The translations under genes were made by a program, and so were the position numbers. From contig CM075998.1 in assembly GCA_038087875.1 (NCBI GenBank), positions 558,001 through 622,000 of the forward strand: 64,000 nucleotides of DNA, in the 5' to 3' direction. The DNA is from Malacoraja senta (taxonomy: Eukaryota). Positions 1 through 10,336 of the stretch are shown one piece after another; the stretch's first letter is position 1, and every line of letters begins with the position of its first letter. The notes below the pieces were generated by a model. It saw only the letters and a list, made by a program, of their open reading frames with translations. It had not been told where the DNA came from and searched no databases.

Positions 1-228
1 GTACAGTGCAGTCAGGTTTTCAGATGTGAGGGAGTTGAAGTAACAAACAGTTAATGCTGAACCAGCTTTGGGTGAATTACTTCATTGGCTGCCATTAACT
101 GGTCTCCTTCCCACGGATGGGCTCAGTATCTCATTTATCTCCTGAAATAAGGAGACCAAAGTTGTACATGGTACTCTTTTTGACGACCCTGATGAATTAC
201 AATCCTGTGCTCTTTATTTTCATTACAG

Positions 229-2817
229 GTGAAACAATTATTGTGAAAGTCTGCAAAACAGAACAAGCAACTGCAGAATTAATAAGTAAAGTGCTAGATG
301 GGAATCTGAAAGCTGCTGGCCTTCTGGCCAAATGCATCCACGAAGATATCCACATTGATGGTCCAGCCTCAGATGAACTAAATATAGACATTCCTATGGA
401 CACCATAGGAATATGGGTTGATCCTATTGGTAAGTAAAACCTTTAACCATCTTACAAAAATAAATTCTCCCCACCATATGTGTGGATTAAAGTTTTCTGA
501 AGGTGGGATTCTTTTGACTTTGCTGATCAAGGCAAAGCTAAATCAAGAAGTTGATTGTCTTGGAGGCATCCACACAAGCAGATAGAGATGTTCCCTTCCC
601 CCATCACCCCAAACCCTTTTGCTTCTTCCTCCAGCAGTTGACCAATGATGATTGGAAAAATAATTACTTTGGAAAGTGATAAAAGTAAAATTCCTTGTGG
701 GTGTTGTGAGAATTCCCAACATGAATATGTAACTCCAGACTCGGGGCAGTCTAACCCATAGCAGTCCTCTGAAATGGCCCAGCAAACTTTTCAGTTTGAC
801 CAAATACCACCTAACAGCTGTGGGGTTGTTTGAGAAGGCTCCTCACCCAGCACATCCCCCAAGATGCAATTAGGAATGGGTGATAAATGCTGGTCCTGTC
901 AGCGACACCTGGATTCTCAGAGAGATGTGAAAGAAAAAGCAAGAAGTACAAATGCTGTGGATTTACTGGGTCTGCACATTTCAATGAACTGAATTAAGTT
1001 GAACTGAATCTTTTTGTCCTTGAAAAAATCTTTGTATATATATTTTAAATCTTCTATGTTTCTGTTTTACAGATTCAACCAATCAGTACATAAAAGGACA
1101 ACTTGAGGAGAAGTACAAATCTGGCATTCACTCAAGTGGTCTGAAATCTGCTACTGTACTCATTGGAGTCTTTGATAGAAACTCAGGACAGCCAATAATG
1201 GGAGTCATTAATGCACCCTTTAACGATGTGGACCCCATCTTAAGGTGGAGTGATTTTCAGTATTTGCAATGAAAGGGTGTCGGTTATCTTCCAATCAAAT
1301 GGGATTTTGAGTAGTCAGAGTCCAATCTAAATACTGCATCCTGAGCAAATAAATGTTAGAAGACGATCAAAATCAGCACCATTTGAAGACAATTGTTCTT
1401 TTCTTTGAGGCCATGCAGAAAACTCTACCCATTTTCTAAAATTCTATAAGATACAAAAGAATAGTTGGCCAAAGGTTCTGCAACAGCACCTCCCAAACCT
1501 GTGATCTCTGCCACCTAGAAATATAATAGTAACAGAACATAGGAACACCACCACCTGCAGGTTGCCCTTCAAATTGCAGACAACCACGACTTGGAAATAG
1601 TTATAATTTAGTTTATTGTCACGGGTACCGAGGTACAGTGAAAAGCTTTTGTTGCGTGCAATCCGGTCAGCAGAAAGACAATACAAGATTACAATAGAGT
1701 CATTTACAGTGAAGGAATAGAGATTTAAGATTGTGGAGCAATTGTAATGTGAGTTTGTAAATCTTCTTATGTGGCCTGGGTTGGGCACTATCGAGACCAG
1801 CAACTGCAGATGCTGGTTTACAAAAGTCGACAAAGTGCTGAGGTAATTCAGCGGGTCATGCAGAATCCCTGGAGAACATTGGTGATGTTTAGGGTTGAAA
1901 TCCTTTTTCAGACTGAAATGTCACCTATCCATTTTCTCCAGAGATGCTGCCTGACCTGCTGAGTTATTGCAACACTTTGTGTCAACTTGGAAATATATCA
2001 CTATTCCTTCGTCATTGCTGGGTCTAAATCCTAGAACTCCCTACCAAATAGCACTATTGGGGTAACATAACACAGTTCAAAGAGGTGGCTCACTACCACC
2101 TTCTCATGGGCCTTTTGAGATGGATGATGAATGCTGCATTCTGCATAATTTTCCATATTGTAGAAAATCAGTGGTCTGTTTATGTCGGTCTCCAGATCAC
2201 AATTAGCAGATAACCAACACTTCACAGCTTTTTGATGGAACTAATGTCTGCATTATAACAAGTAGTTCTTATCAGGTTTGTCAAGGTGTAAAATTATTCC
2301 CCTCATGTATTTTTTTTCTTTTTGCAGATGGAAGGGGAAATATTACTGGGGTATTTCCTACAATGGAACCAATATCCATTCCATACCAAAGCAGCTTCCT
2401 GCACATCACAACCTTCTTTCGATAGTCATGAGCTCAAGTGAGAAGGAAGACATCACAAAAGCACTAACTCATCTCTGTGGTGACAAACTGTACTATGCTT
2501 CAGGGGCAGGATACAAAATCTTGTGTACAATCCTTGGCTTGGCAGATGCTTATGTTGTCACAGCAGACACTACCTTTAAATGGGATACCTGTGCCCCACA
2601 TGCCATCTTGAAATCTGTAGGAGGGGGCATTGTAAATCTTGCCAAAACCCTGGCTGAGGTGAAGAGCAGAAGCCCTGGGGTCAATCCAGAACTTCAATAC
2701 AAGATGCCTGATGAAGGGTCAAAAGAAACCGAGAAATGGGCCAACACAGGAGGCCTTGTGGCTTACAGGTCTCAACAGCACCTGGAGACCATTATTAATG
2801 CACTTTCGGTAGAGTAG
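229..2817 (+). CDS. INPP1: Inositol polyphosphate 1-phosphatase (INPP1 family), last three coding exons; 5' part lies outside the window
   Basis: Exons 229-429, 1073-1244 and 2328-2817 (stop TAG) have AG/GT boundaries with matching phases. The spliced protein contains GIWVDPIDSTNQYIKG (metal-binding DPIDST), VLIGVFD..G.PIMGVIN, GAGYKIL, FKWDTCAPHAIL and WANTGGLVAY. Confidence 0.93.
1475..2140 (+). mobile_element. Old LINE 3' fragment split by a composite insertion (Rex-like tail plus Penelope-derived palindrome at 1800-1984)
   Basis: The LINE tail ...gttcaaagaggtggctcactaccaccttctc... recurs at about 830-905 and, inverted, at about 8385 and 62050. Direct repeat ACTTGGAAATA at 1589-1599 and 1985-1995. 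Confidence 0.55.
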
Positions 2818-2961
2818 AGTTTTATTTCACACTACAATTAAGAGGCAATGGGTCACCAAAAATAATCTAATTGTCCTATTCCTAGCCAATTATTTTTTAT
2901 AAACATAAACATCAAATGGGCTTAATAGACATTGTTTTAGAACACTCAAACAATATACCAG

Positions 2962-2992
2962 AATAAAGATCTACCTTGTTCTATAAAATAAA
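2962..2992 (+). terminator. Candidate INPP1 polyadenylation signals
   Basis: AATAAA at about 2962 and about 2987, 150-170 nt after the stop codon. Confidence 0.45.
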
Positions 2993-3700
2993 CAAATTGG
3001 AGAAGGGAAAGAGGCAGTGACTATATCACAGGTGTCTTGCTATTTTAAATGTATCTTTTGTTTAACAAAGCAGCTGCAAACCAAAGAAAAGTTCTGAAGT
3101 AGGTTGAAGTTCTCCGCTACAGGTTTTACCCTGTCTACCAACTCAAAAATACTCCTGTTGGTCTCTTGCATATTAGTCTTAGGCAGAATCTTAATGGTTT
3201 GTCCGTGTACCCAATAATGCAACAGCTGTGGGAAAGCTCCATTCATTTAAAAGTGAGATAATTTATTTCTTCTGTGGATGCCATTGATCTGACATAAAGA
3301 TCCAAGAGCCCACTGGTGCTTTGCCCAAGTCTCCATGCTTCATGTGAATAAGACTAGGATGTGAGTGTCCATTTGTTCGATGATGATGGTACAGTAGAGC
3401 CTAATATCTACCCAGAAACAGTATCTGACAAACACTAAACAGAGCACAAGTTTGTGCTAGAGTTGTCGTCTCAACTATGGGCAGTACAGCCTATTAGCAT
3501 CTCTCTGCTTTATTTGACAAGATTAATTCTCCACAAGGCAATCTGTTCCTTCAAGTCAGTGCCTAGTGGTGGTGGAACTTAAAACACGCAGTAACCAAGG
3601 CAAATTGCTGCATTTGCCCAGTTAATAACAAAAATAAATTGTAATTGTTTGAAATTAAACTGCCTTTTGTAATCTGTTTTACATAAAGTAACATAACATT

Positions 3701-3764
3701 GTCTGAAGAAGGGTCTCGACCCGAAACTGTGTCTATTTCCTTCGCTCCATGGATGCGGCCTCAC
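3701..3764 (+). repeat. Penelope terminal-repeat fragment with hammerhead-like core
   Basis: gtCTGAAGAagggtctcgacccGAAAc, the same motif as at the end of the Penelope element at 56887-56990. Confidence 0.7.
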
Positions 3765-4364
3765 AGGATTGAGGGAAACTAGATTAAGTTCCATTGTGTT
3801 AAAGGCTCTGGAATGAAAAGCTAGGAACAAAAGTTTGTATTTCAATTCTGAGGATATGGGAACTGTCTTCACTCATCTCCTTGGAGGAACAAGAGAGTAA
3901 GTAAGGGGACAATGTAAAGATTATTTTGCCACACCCTGCTCCCCCTTCATTGTGCAGTATTCCAAGCTGAAACTTAACACTCTTGGGCTCTACTTCTGGA
4001 ATTAGGTCATGTTTTACATGTGGAATGTAAAAAAAGGAAAAAAGAGTTTGAGGCTTTTGTTGTAATTTGATCCCAAAAGGGCAAAAACTTTGATTTTAAG
4101 TCCTGCATTTTATTCTTTTAATGAGACAGATAACATCAAAAAAAATGTTTTTTTATTTTGATCTTCCTTATTCTGAGTCTAATGTTGAAATCTGCTGTAA
4201 TGTTGAAACCAGAACTCCCTGTGCCATGACCTCTTGCATTACCTGAAGATGGGCAATGTAAATTATGGAGATTGCCCTATGAAGAGTTAGAAGTAATCTA
4301 ATTGGGACTCAAGATTCTGAGAGGTATTGCTAAGTGTCTCTTGGCAGTTGATTATAAACCTAAC

Positions 4365-4530
4365 AGGCTCAGGATAAGGGGGTTGTCCATATGGGACTGT
4401 GAATAAGGAGACATTTCTCCACTCGGAGGATTGTGAATCTTTGGAATTCTCCACTCCACAGAGAGTTGCAGAGGCTCAGTCATTGAGTATATTCAAGGCT
4501 TCGATCATTAGCTTGGTGGAAACTGGGAGA
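4365..4530 (+). mobile_element. CR1 LINE 3' fragment
   Basis: ...ttctccactcggaggattgtgaatctttggaattctc...; homologous to 47340-47510. Confidence 0.65.
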
Positions 4531-4906
4531 ATTGGCAAAAGTGGGGCCTTTCTCACTCTCATGGAATAATAGTGACCCTGCTTCCCTTGCAAGCACAATC
4601 TAAACATGGGAATGTCTTTGTCAAAAGTGAACTAAAATTTGGGCTGTATGTGCCACAGTATAAACCCCCTGACAGAAAACAAAAGGAAGTATGAAGGAAC
4701 TGGAGGCCATCAATTCAGAGCATAGTGAACACAACACTAACATGAAAATTCAGCTGTGAAATTAGTTTGGGGAGAAAGATTTATTATAAGAATGGCCTCC
4801 TAAACTTGTCCCGTTCAAAATACATTCCGAGTGACATATGCAGAAGTCAGACTTACTGACCGTATCAATTTACTCACATGGACAAATGACAAAATGGAAA
4901 GGAAGA

Positions 4907-6025
4907 CTTAAGGAATAGATCGGGTAGATGCACAGAGTATTTTGCCCAGAGTAGGGGAATCGAGGACCAGAGGACATAGGTTCAAGGTGAAGGGGATAAG
5001 ATTTAAAAGGAATCCGAGGGGTAACTCAGACAAAGGGTGGTGGGTGTATGGAACAAGCCGCTAGAGGAGGTAGTTGACGCTGGGACTATCCCATTGTTTA
5101 AGAAACACAGGTTTGGAGGGATATGGACCAAGCGCAGGCAAGTGGGACTACTGTAATAATAATAATAATACATTTTATTTGTATAGCGCTTTTCAAGGAC
5201 TCAAAGTCGCTTTACATGGAGAGTCAAGAACAAAACAAAATAGAGCAGTAAGACAGAGATGCAAAGGGGAGGGGGACATGGGACTAAGGGTATGCAGAGG
5301 TGAAGAGATGGGTCTTGAGGCGGGACTGGAGGATGGTGAGGGACTCAGAATTTCGAATCAATTGTGGGAGGGAGTTCCAGAGCCTGGGAGCTGCCCTGGA
5401 GAAGGCTCTGTTTCCAAAAGTGCAGAGGTTGGATTTCGGAATGGAGAGGAGACCGGCTGATGTGGATCTGAGGGACCGTGAGGGTTGGTAGGGGGAGAGG
5501 AGGTCAGTGAGATAAGGCGGGGCCAAGTGGTTGAGGGCTTTGTAGGTGAGGACCAGGATTTTGTAGATGATCCGGTGAGAAATGGGAAGCCAGTGAAGTT
5601 CTTTGAGAACTGGTGTGATGTGGTGCCAGGATTTGGTGTGGGTGATGAGTCGGGCGGCTGCATTCTGGACCAGTTGGAGTCGGTTGATGTTGCTGGAATT
5701 AATGCCAAAGAGAAGAGAGTTACAGTAGTCCAGTCGGGAGGAGATGAAGGCATGGATGAGTCTTTCAGCAGCGGGGGGTGTGAGAGAGGGTCTGATTTTG
5801 GCAATGTTGCGGAGGTGAAAAAATGATGTTTTGACAACATGGCGGATGTGAGGCTCAAGGGAGAGGGTTGAGTCAAAGATCATGCCAAGGTTGCGGGCCT
5901 GAGGAGATGGGGAGACAGTGGTGCCGTCAATAGTGAGAGTGGGGTTGTTAATTTTGGAGCCAATGTTGGTCGGTGTGGGCGAGTTGGGCCAAAGGGCCTG
6001 TTTCCACACTGTATCACTCTATGAC
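4907..6025 (+). mobile_element. CR1 LINE 3' end (4907-5153 and 5963-6025) interrupted by an L2 element
   Basis: Typical CR1 3' sequence ending gggcctgtttccacactgtatcactctatgac. Confidence 0.75.
5154..5965 (-). mobile_element. L2 LINE, 5'-truncated, RT C-terminus and 3' UTR
   Basis: ORF 5284-6009 contains RNLGMIFD, LIHAFISSRLDYCNSL, LQLVQNAAAR and HITPVLKELHWLP. The 3' end is tgtaaagcgactttgag...aaagcgctatacaaataaaatg(tat)n. Confidence 0.92.
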
Positions 6026-6169
6026 ATGATAAAGAAATAAATGGCAATGGAAGAACTGAGAAGAAATGGTGCAGAAGAAATTCAGACAGTCAACATCATA
6101 ATCTCACCAGGTAAAGCCCTATCTGCTTCAGACACTTCATTGGGGCCTACTCAGTAAGCCATCCTGGGA

Positions 6170-6916
6170 AGCAGCAGAAGAGGGCCTCTCTGAAGACATG
6201 AACATCCTGTCTTCATACCTGAGGAACTGGCGCCTCAAGCTCAGCATGGGTAAGACAACATCTTCAATGTTCCACCTCAACAACAGGGAAACGTCATGGT
6301 GGATAACGCCCGGTTACGGTCCCAGCCCGTCCCCACATACCTCGGTGTGAAGTTCGACAGAACGTCGTCAATCAAACAACACCTGGAAGGTGCCAAGGCA
6401 AAGACAAGCGCCCGTGCCGCACATAGGGAGCCACGACAAAGACACTGCGCATGTCCACAGTGGCCCTGGTGTTTTCAGCCGCCGAGTACTGCGCCCCGGT
6501 TTGGTGCCGTAGCCCTCACGCCAAGAATCTGGATGCTGTCCTCAACAGCGCCCTGCGGACTGTCTCCGGATGCCTACGAGCCACCCCAGTAAACCAACTG
6601 CCCGTCCTCGCTGGCATCGCCCCAGCCAACATCAGACGAGAAGCAGCCACACAGGCCCTCTCTCGAAAGGCACAGACCAGTGAATCCCACCTCCTCCATC
6701 AGATCGTCACAGAGACACCACGACGCGTGCGCCTCAAGTCACGGCACCCCTTTGCCACGTAAGCCCAAGAGCTGCTCTGCAAAACACCGGCTGATGCTTC
6801 CAAGGCCGCCTGGGTCAAGGCGAGATGGAGAGACCAGTGGAAGTCAGCGGAACCATCTAGGCTACACCATTACATCGATGACCCCATGGACGTCCCTGGC
6901 CAGGACCTGCCCCACT
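6170..6916 (+). mobile_element. Non-LTR retrotransposon RT C-terminal fragment, Ingi/Vingi-like (I group)
   Basis: PTYLGVKFDRT and ALVFSAAEYCAPVW...LNSALRTVSGCLRATP...LAGIAP..IRR; frameshifted; GC-rich. Confidence 0.7.
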
Positions 6917-7207
6917 TGAGGACAGGCGAAAGAAGATTGGGGCCAATAGAAAATAGAAATTTGCTATTCAGTGTTGCTTTATGCTTCAGGGACTGGATAA
7001 CGACAAAGGAAAAAAAAAACCTGTCTCTTGCAAGATAGCCAATTTACATCCCAGAATGGGGAGTGATAAAGCAGTGAGGGGCAAAAGATATTAGCTATGC
7101 TTGACAACACAAATAGTACATCCAACAAGTGGCTACACAGTTGAATGAGCTGAGAGTAAGAGAACAACAAATGCAAGGAAAGGACAAAGCAATAGTCGAC
7201 CCAGTAT

Positions 7208-7392
7208 GTGCTGGTTTAAATTGAAGAGACACACAAAATGCTGGAGTAACTCAGCAGGACAGGCAGCATCTCTAGAGAAGGAATTGGTGACGGTTCAGTC
7301 TGAAGAAGGGTCTTGACCTGAAACGTCACCCATTCCTTCTCTCCAGAGATGGTGCCTGTCCCACTGAGTTACTCCAGCACTTTGAGTCCACC
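7208..7392. repeat. Palindromic Penelope-derived element with hammerhead-like core
   Basis: Arms acaaaatgctggagtaactcag... and ...ctgagttactccagcactttg are inverted repeats; core CTGAAGA...GAAACGTC at 7300-7327. Confidence 0.75.
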
Positions 7393-8502
7393 TAGCATAA
7401 TGCCTAAAATGGTGACTGGGAAATGGAATGCCTCACAGTCCAAACTGAATAAACAGAACAATGTTTGCAGAATGTGAAAAAACAGTATGGCATATTTTGT
7501 ACGATAAATTGAGTGAATCATGCATTTTATTACCCTTACTCTCCGCCACGGCTATGTTATGAACTGTGGCAGCCTTGGTATTTTCCATGTGTATGAACAA
7601 ACATTATGACATGTATAATGGAATTCAGGCAGCACTTCCAATTTATATCGCCAATGCTACATCAAAGGAGATCAATGTCTGCTTTGGTGCTAAACATTCT
7701 TCTCAATCCTCAGCTGCTGAACTCTTTGAAGCCCCAAAATTGTACATTATATTCTTCAATAATAAGTTTAACGTGGTTGCTAGGACCACGATATGAGAGC
7801 TGAGAGCATAAAAAGTACTTCTCAAAGAAAGAGCTGAGAACTCAGAGATCAGATATTGTAGCAGTGATAGCAAACACAAAGTGCAATTAAGTCAGGAAAG
7901 CATATTGTCTAATGTGGGTTAATTGGCTATGTTTCACATTGTAACCCTTTGTCGAACATTAATCATTTATAAAATATCGGTAAAGGAAATGGAGCATAAT
8001 AGAATTGGAGTACATCCCTTTCAACTTCAATAGTATTTGGATTGTACTTCTGCAAGATACATGCTAACCCAAGGATCAGGATTCTGGGAAACATCAGATA
8101 AACTTCAGAAGAGTTCTGGATTTAAATCTGTGCAACCAGATTAGCTAGGCAAGTTTGACTCAATGAGTTTGCGCTGAAAGAAAAGCGTTTTGCTGAAAGT
8201 CAAAACTGGGTCCACATACTAGAGTTGTCGTGTGGGTAACATCTCCCACAACAGCATTTGGTTCATGATGGGTCCCATGTACAACATTCAAAACAAATTC
8301 AATAATTCATTTAGAAACTCACATGCCAAGCTTGCATTCATTGCAAACAGATTATTATCCTTTTAAAAATGTATTTATAGGATCTGGGCATCACTAGCTA
8401 GGCCAGCATTTATTGCCCTTAAGGTGGTAGTGGTGAGCTGAATTCAACCACTACAGTTGTTCTGAAGGTGTTGTTGGGGAGGGAATTCCATATTTAGATC
8501 CA

Positions 8503-8740
8503 TTAACAGTGGTAGAGTTGCTGCCTTACAGGGCCAGACACCTGGGTTCGATCCTGGCTCCGCGTGCTGTCTGAACGTTCTCCCTGTGACCACGTGGGTT
8601 TCCTCCAACACTCCAAAGACGTACAGGTTTGTAGGTTAATTGGCTTTGGTAACAAAACACTGTAAATTGATCCTAGTGTGTTGGGGTGATCGCTGGTTGG
8701 CACAGACTCAGTGGGCCGAAGTGCCTGCTTCCACGCAGCA
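8503..8740 (+). mobile_element. tRNA-derived SINE (HE1/V-SINE type)
   Basis: A/B boxes (gtggtagag..., gggttcgatcc), ccaaagacgtacagg core and CR1-like tail. Confidence 0.8.
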
Positions 8741-9068
8741 AATCATGTATACATGTTTTGTGAATCATGGATATATTCTTTTCTATTTTCTAGAGGTAGT
8801 CTGCAATTATATATTTTAACGTTAACCAATGAAGTGCAGCCAACTGTCACCCATTTCATCCCCCCCAAATAACCATCCTTAGTTTCAGGCGGAGCTAAAT
8901 CTTTTTCAAACAATGAACTAGCATAACTAAATCAACGAGGTGGAAACTTAGTGTATTGTATGCAAGTAGGCTTGGCTCAAATCGCAATAGTTACTTTGCT
9001 CTTAGTGTAGCACCGACAAGGAGTTTGGGGTAAAAAAAAGAGACCATGAATTTCATTAAAAAATAAAG

Positions 9069-9074
9069 TTTATT
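9069..9074 (-). terminator. Candidate PAN2 polyadenylation signal
   Basis: TTTATT on + (AATAAA on -), with U-rich sequence downstream on the - strand. Confidence 0.55.
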
Positions 9075-10313
9075 ATCTTCAGAAAAGCAAGGTAGATGAG
9101 AACTTTTTCAACTGAAAATCTTTAAAAGAGCTTCCATTTTCTTTTCTTTTTTAATATAGGAAGTGCAAATATTTTTCCTTCCAATGCAGGTACGTACGAA
9201 ACTTGACGCCGAATATTGATAGAGCCTCGCACCATATGAATATCTGTGTAAAATACTGTAATAAAGATTGGTAGCCATTTGGAGATTTGTAAACTCAAGG
9301 CCACATTTTAAGTTTTAAAAGTCCTGAGAGTTCAGGAACCTCGGCAGTGTAACTGAAGATTCTGCATCATCCTGCTGGCTATCTGGAAAGACTGAGGAGT
9401 GACATAAATACAAAGCTCAAGAGCGTGGACTGTTAAATTTGGTAAAACTGCGATCATGACATCAATCCCATATCTAATTGTCCAATTAAACAATCTAAAA
9501 TATTTTGTTGAGTTATTAAAATTATTGTGGAATACCATATTCAGTATGACAGGATATAAAACACAATATCTACAACAGGGAAGACAACTATTTCTTGGAA
9601 AGCAATGATTTTACTGAATACAGATGCATGTGCAACCTGCGGGCGATGCATGATATCACCCCTATCTGCTTTCTTCCTGGAATAGGCGAATACAAAGATA
9701 TTAAATTCTATCTCAGAGCTGCCCAAATCTGCCAACCATGTCTGTGCTATTTGAATTAAGCATTCTTCCTTCACAGGAATGTTATTCTGTCCTATGAGCA
9801 CGGCCGCAGGTGGGCACTCATTCTTAAAATTAAAAAATGAAGCTTAAGAAAATAGGAAGAACATTATTTTTTTTTAAAAGCATGGAATGTTTGTCAATAA
9901 ACCTCTGGCGATTGAAGCCTCGACAAAATGCCAGTCCTCAGCAGTGATACGTGCAATTATAGCAAAGTTCAACAATGTTAAAACATTAACGTTTTCCTCA
10001 AAGGGTGCCTGGGTTTGAGCATTTCTAGTATTCCCTAGTTTTATATCGTAACGTGTCAGTTTCCATTTTGCCAAAGCGATTCCTTATGGTTTCTTTTTCC
10101 TAAGAATCCAACCTTCTTTCTCATTCTTCATCCAGTCAGATCAGTGCTCCACGATATAATACTGACAGTCGAGCACCATTTCAAGCCATCTCCACTTAGA
10201 AATAGATTTCTTCCGGAATTTGTTAAAAATACAAACTTCTTTCCCCTCAAATGCTGCAGATTCACTCCTCATTAGATTAGATAGTTCATTCGGTGTCTTC
10301 ACATTTAAACCCA

Positions 10314-10336
10314 TCAGAGGTGAGAAAATTGAGAGC
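10314..10336 (-). CDS. PAN2: PAN2 probable last coding exon
   Basis: Acceptor ttttttctcttaaatcag; the phase-1 join reads SSQFSHL*. A repeat-poor 3' UTR of about 1.25 kb follows, ending at AATAAA. Confidence 0.55.

Noticed and set aside
9062-9074. Back-to-back AATAAA on both strands
   Set aside because: No evidence that INPP1 transcripts extend this far; likely chance in AT-rich DNA.
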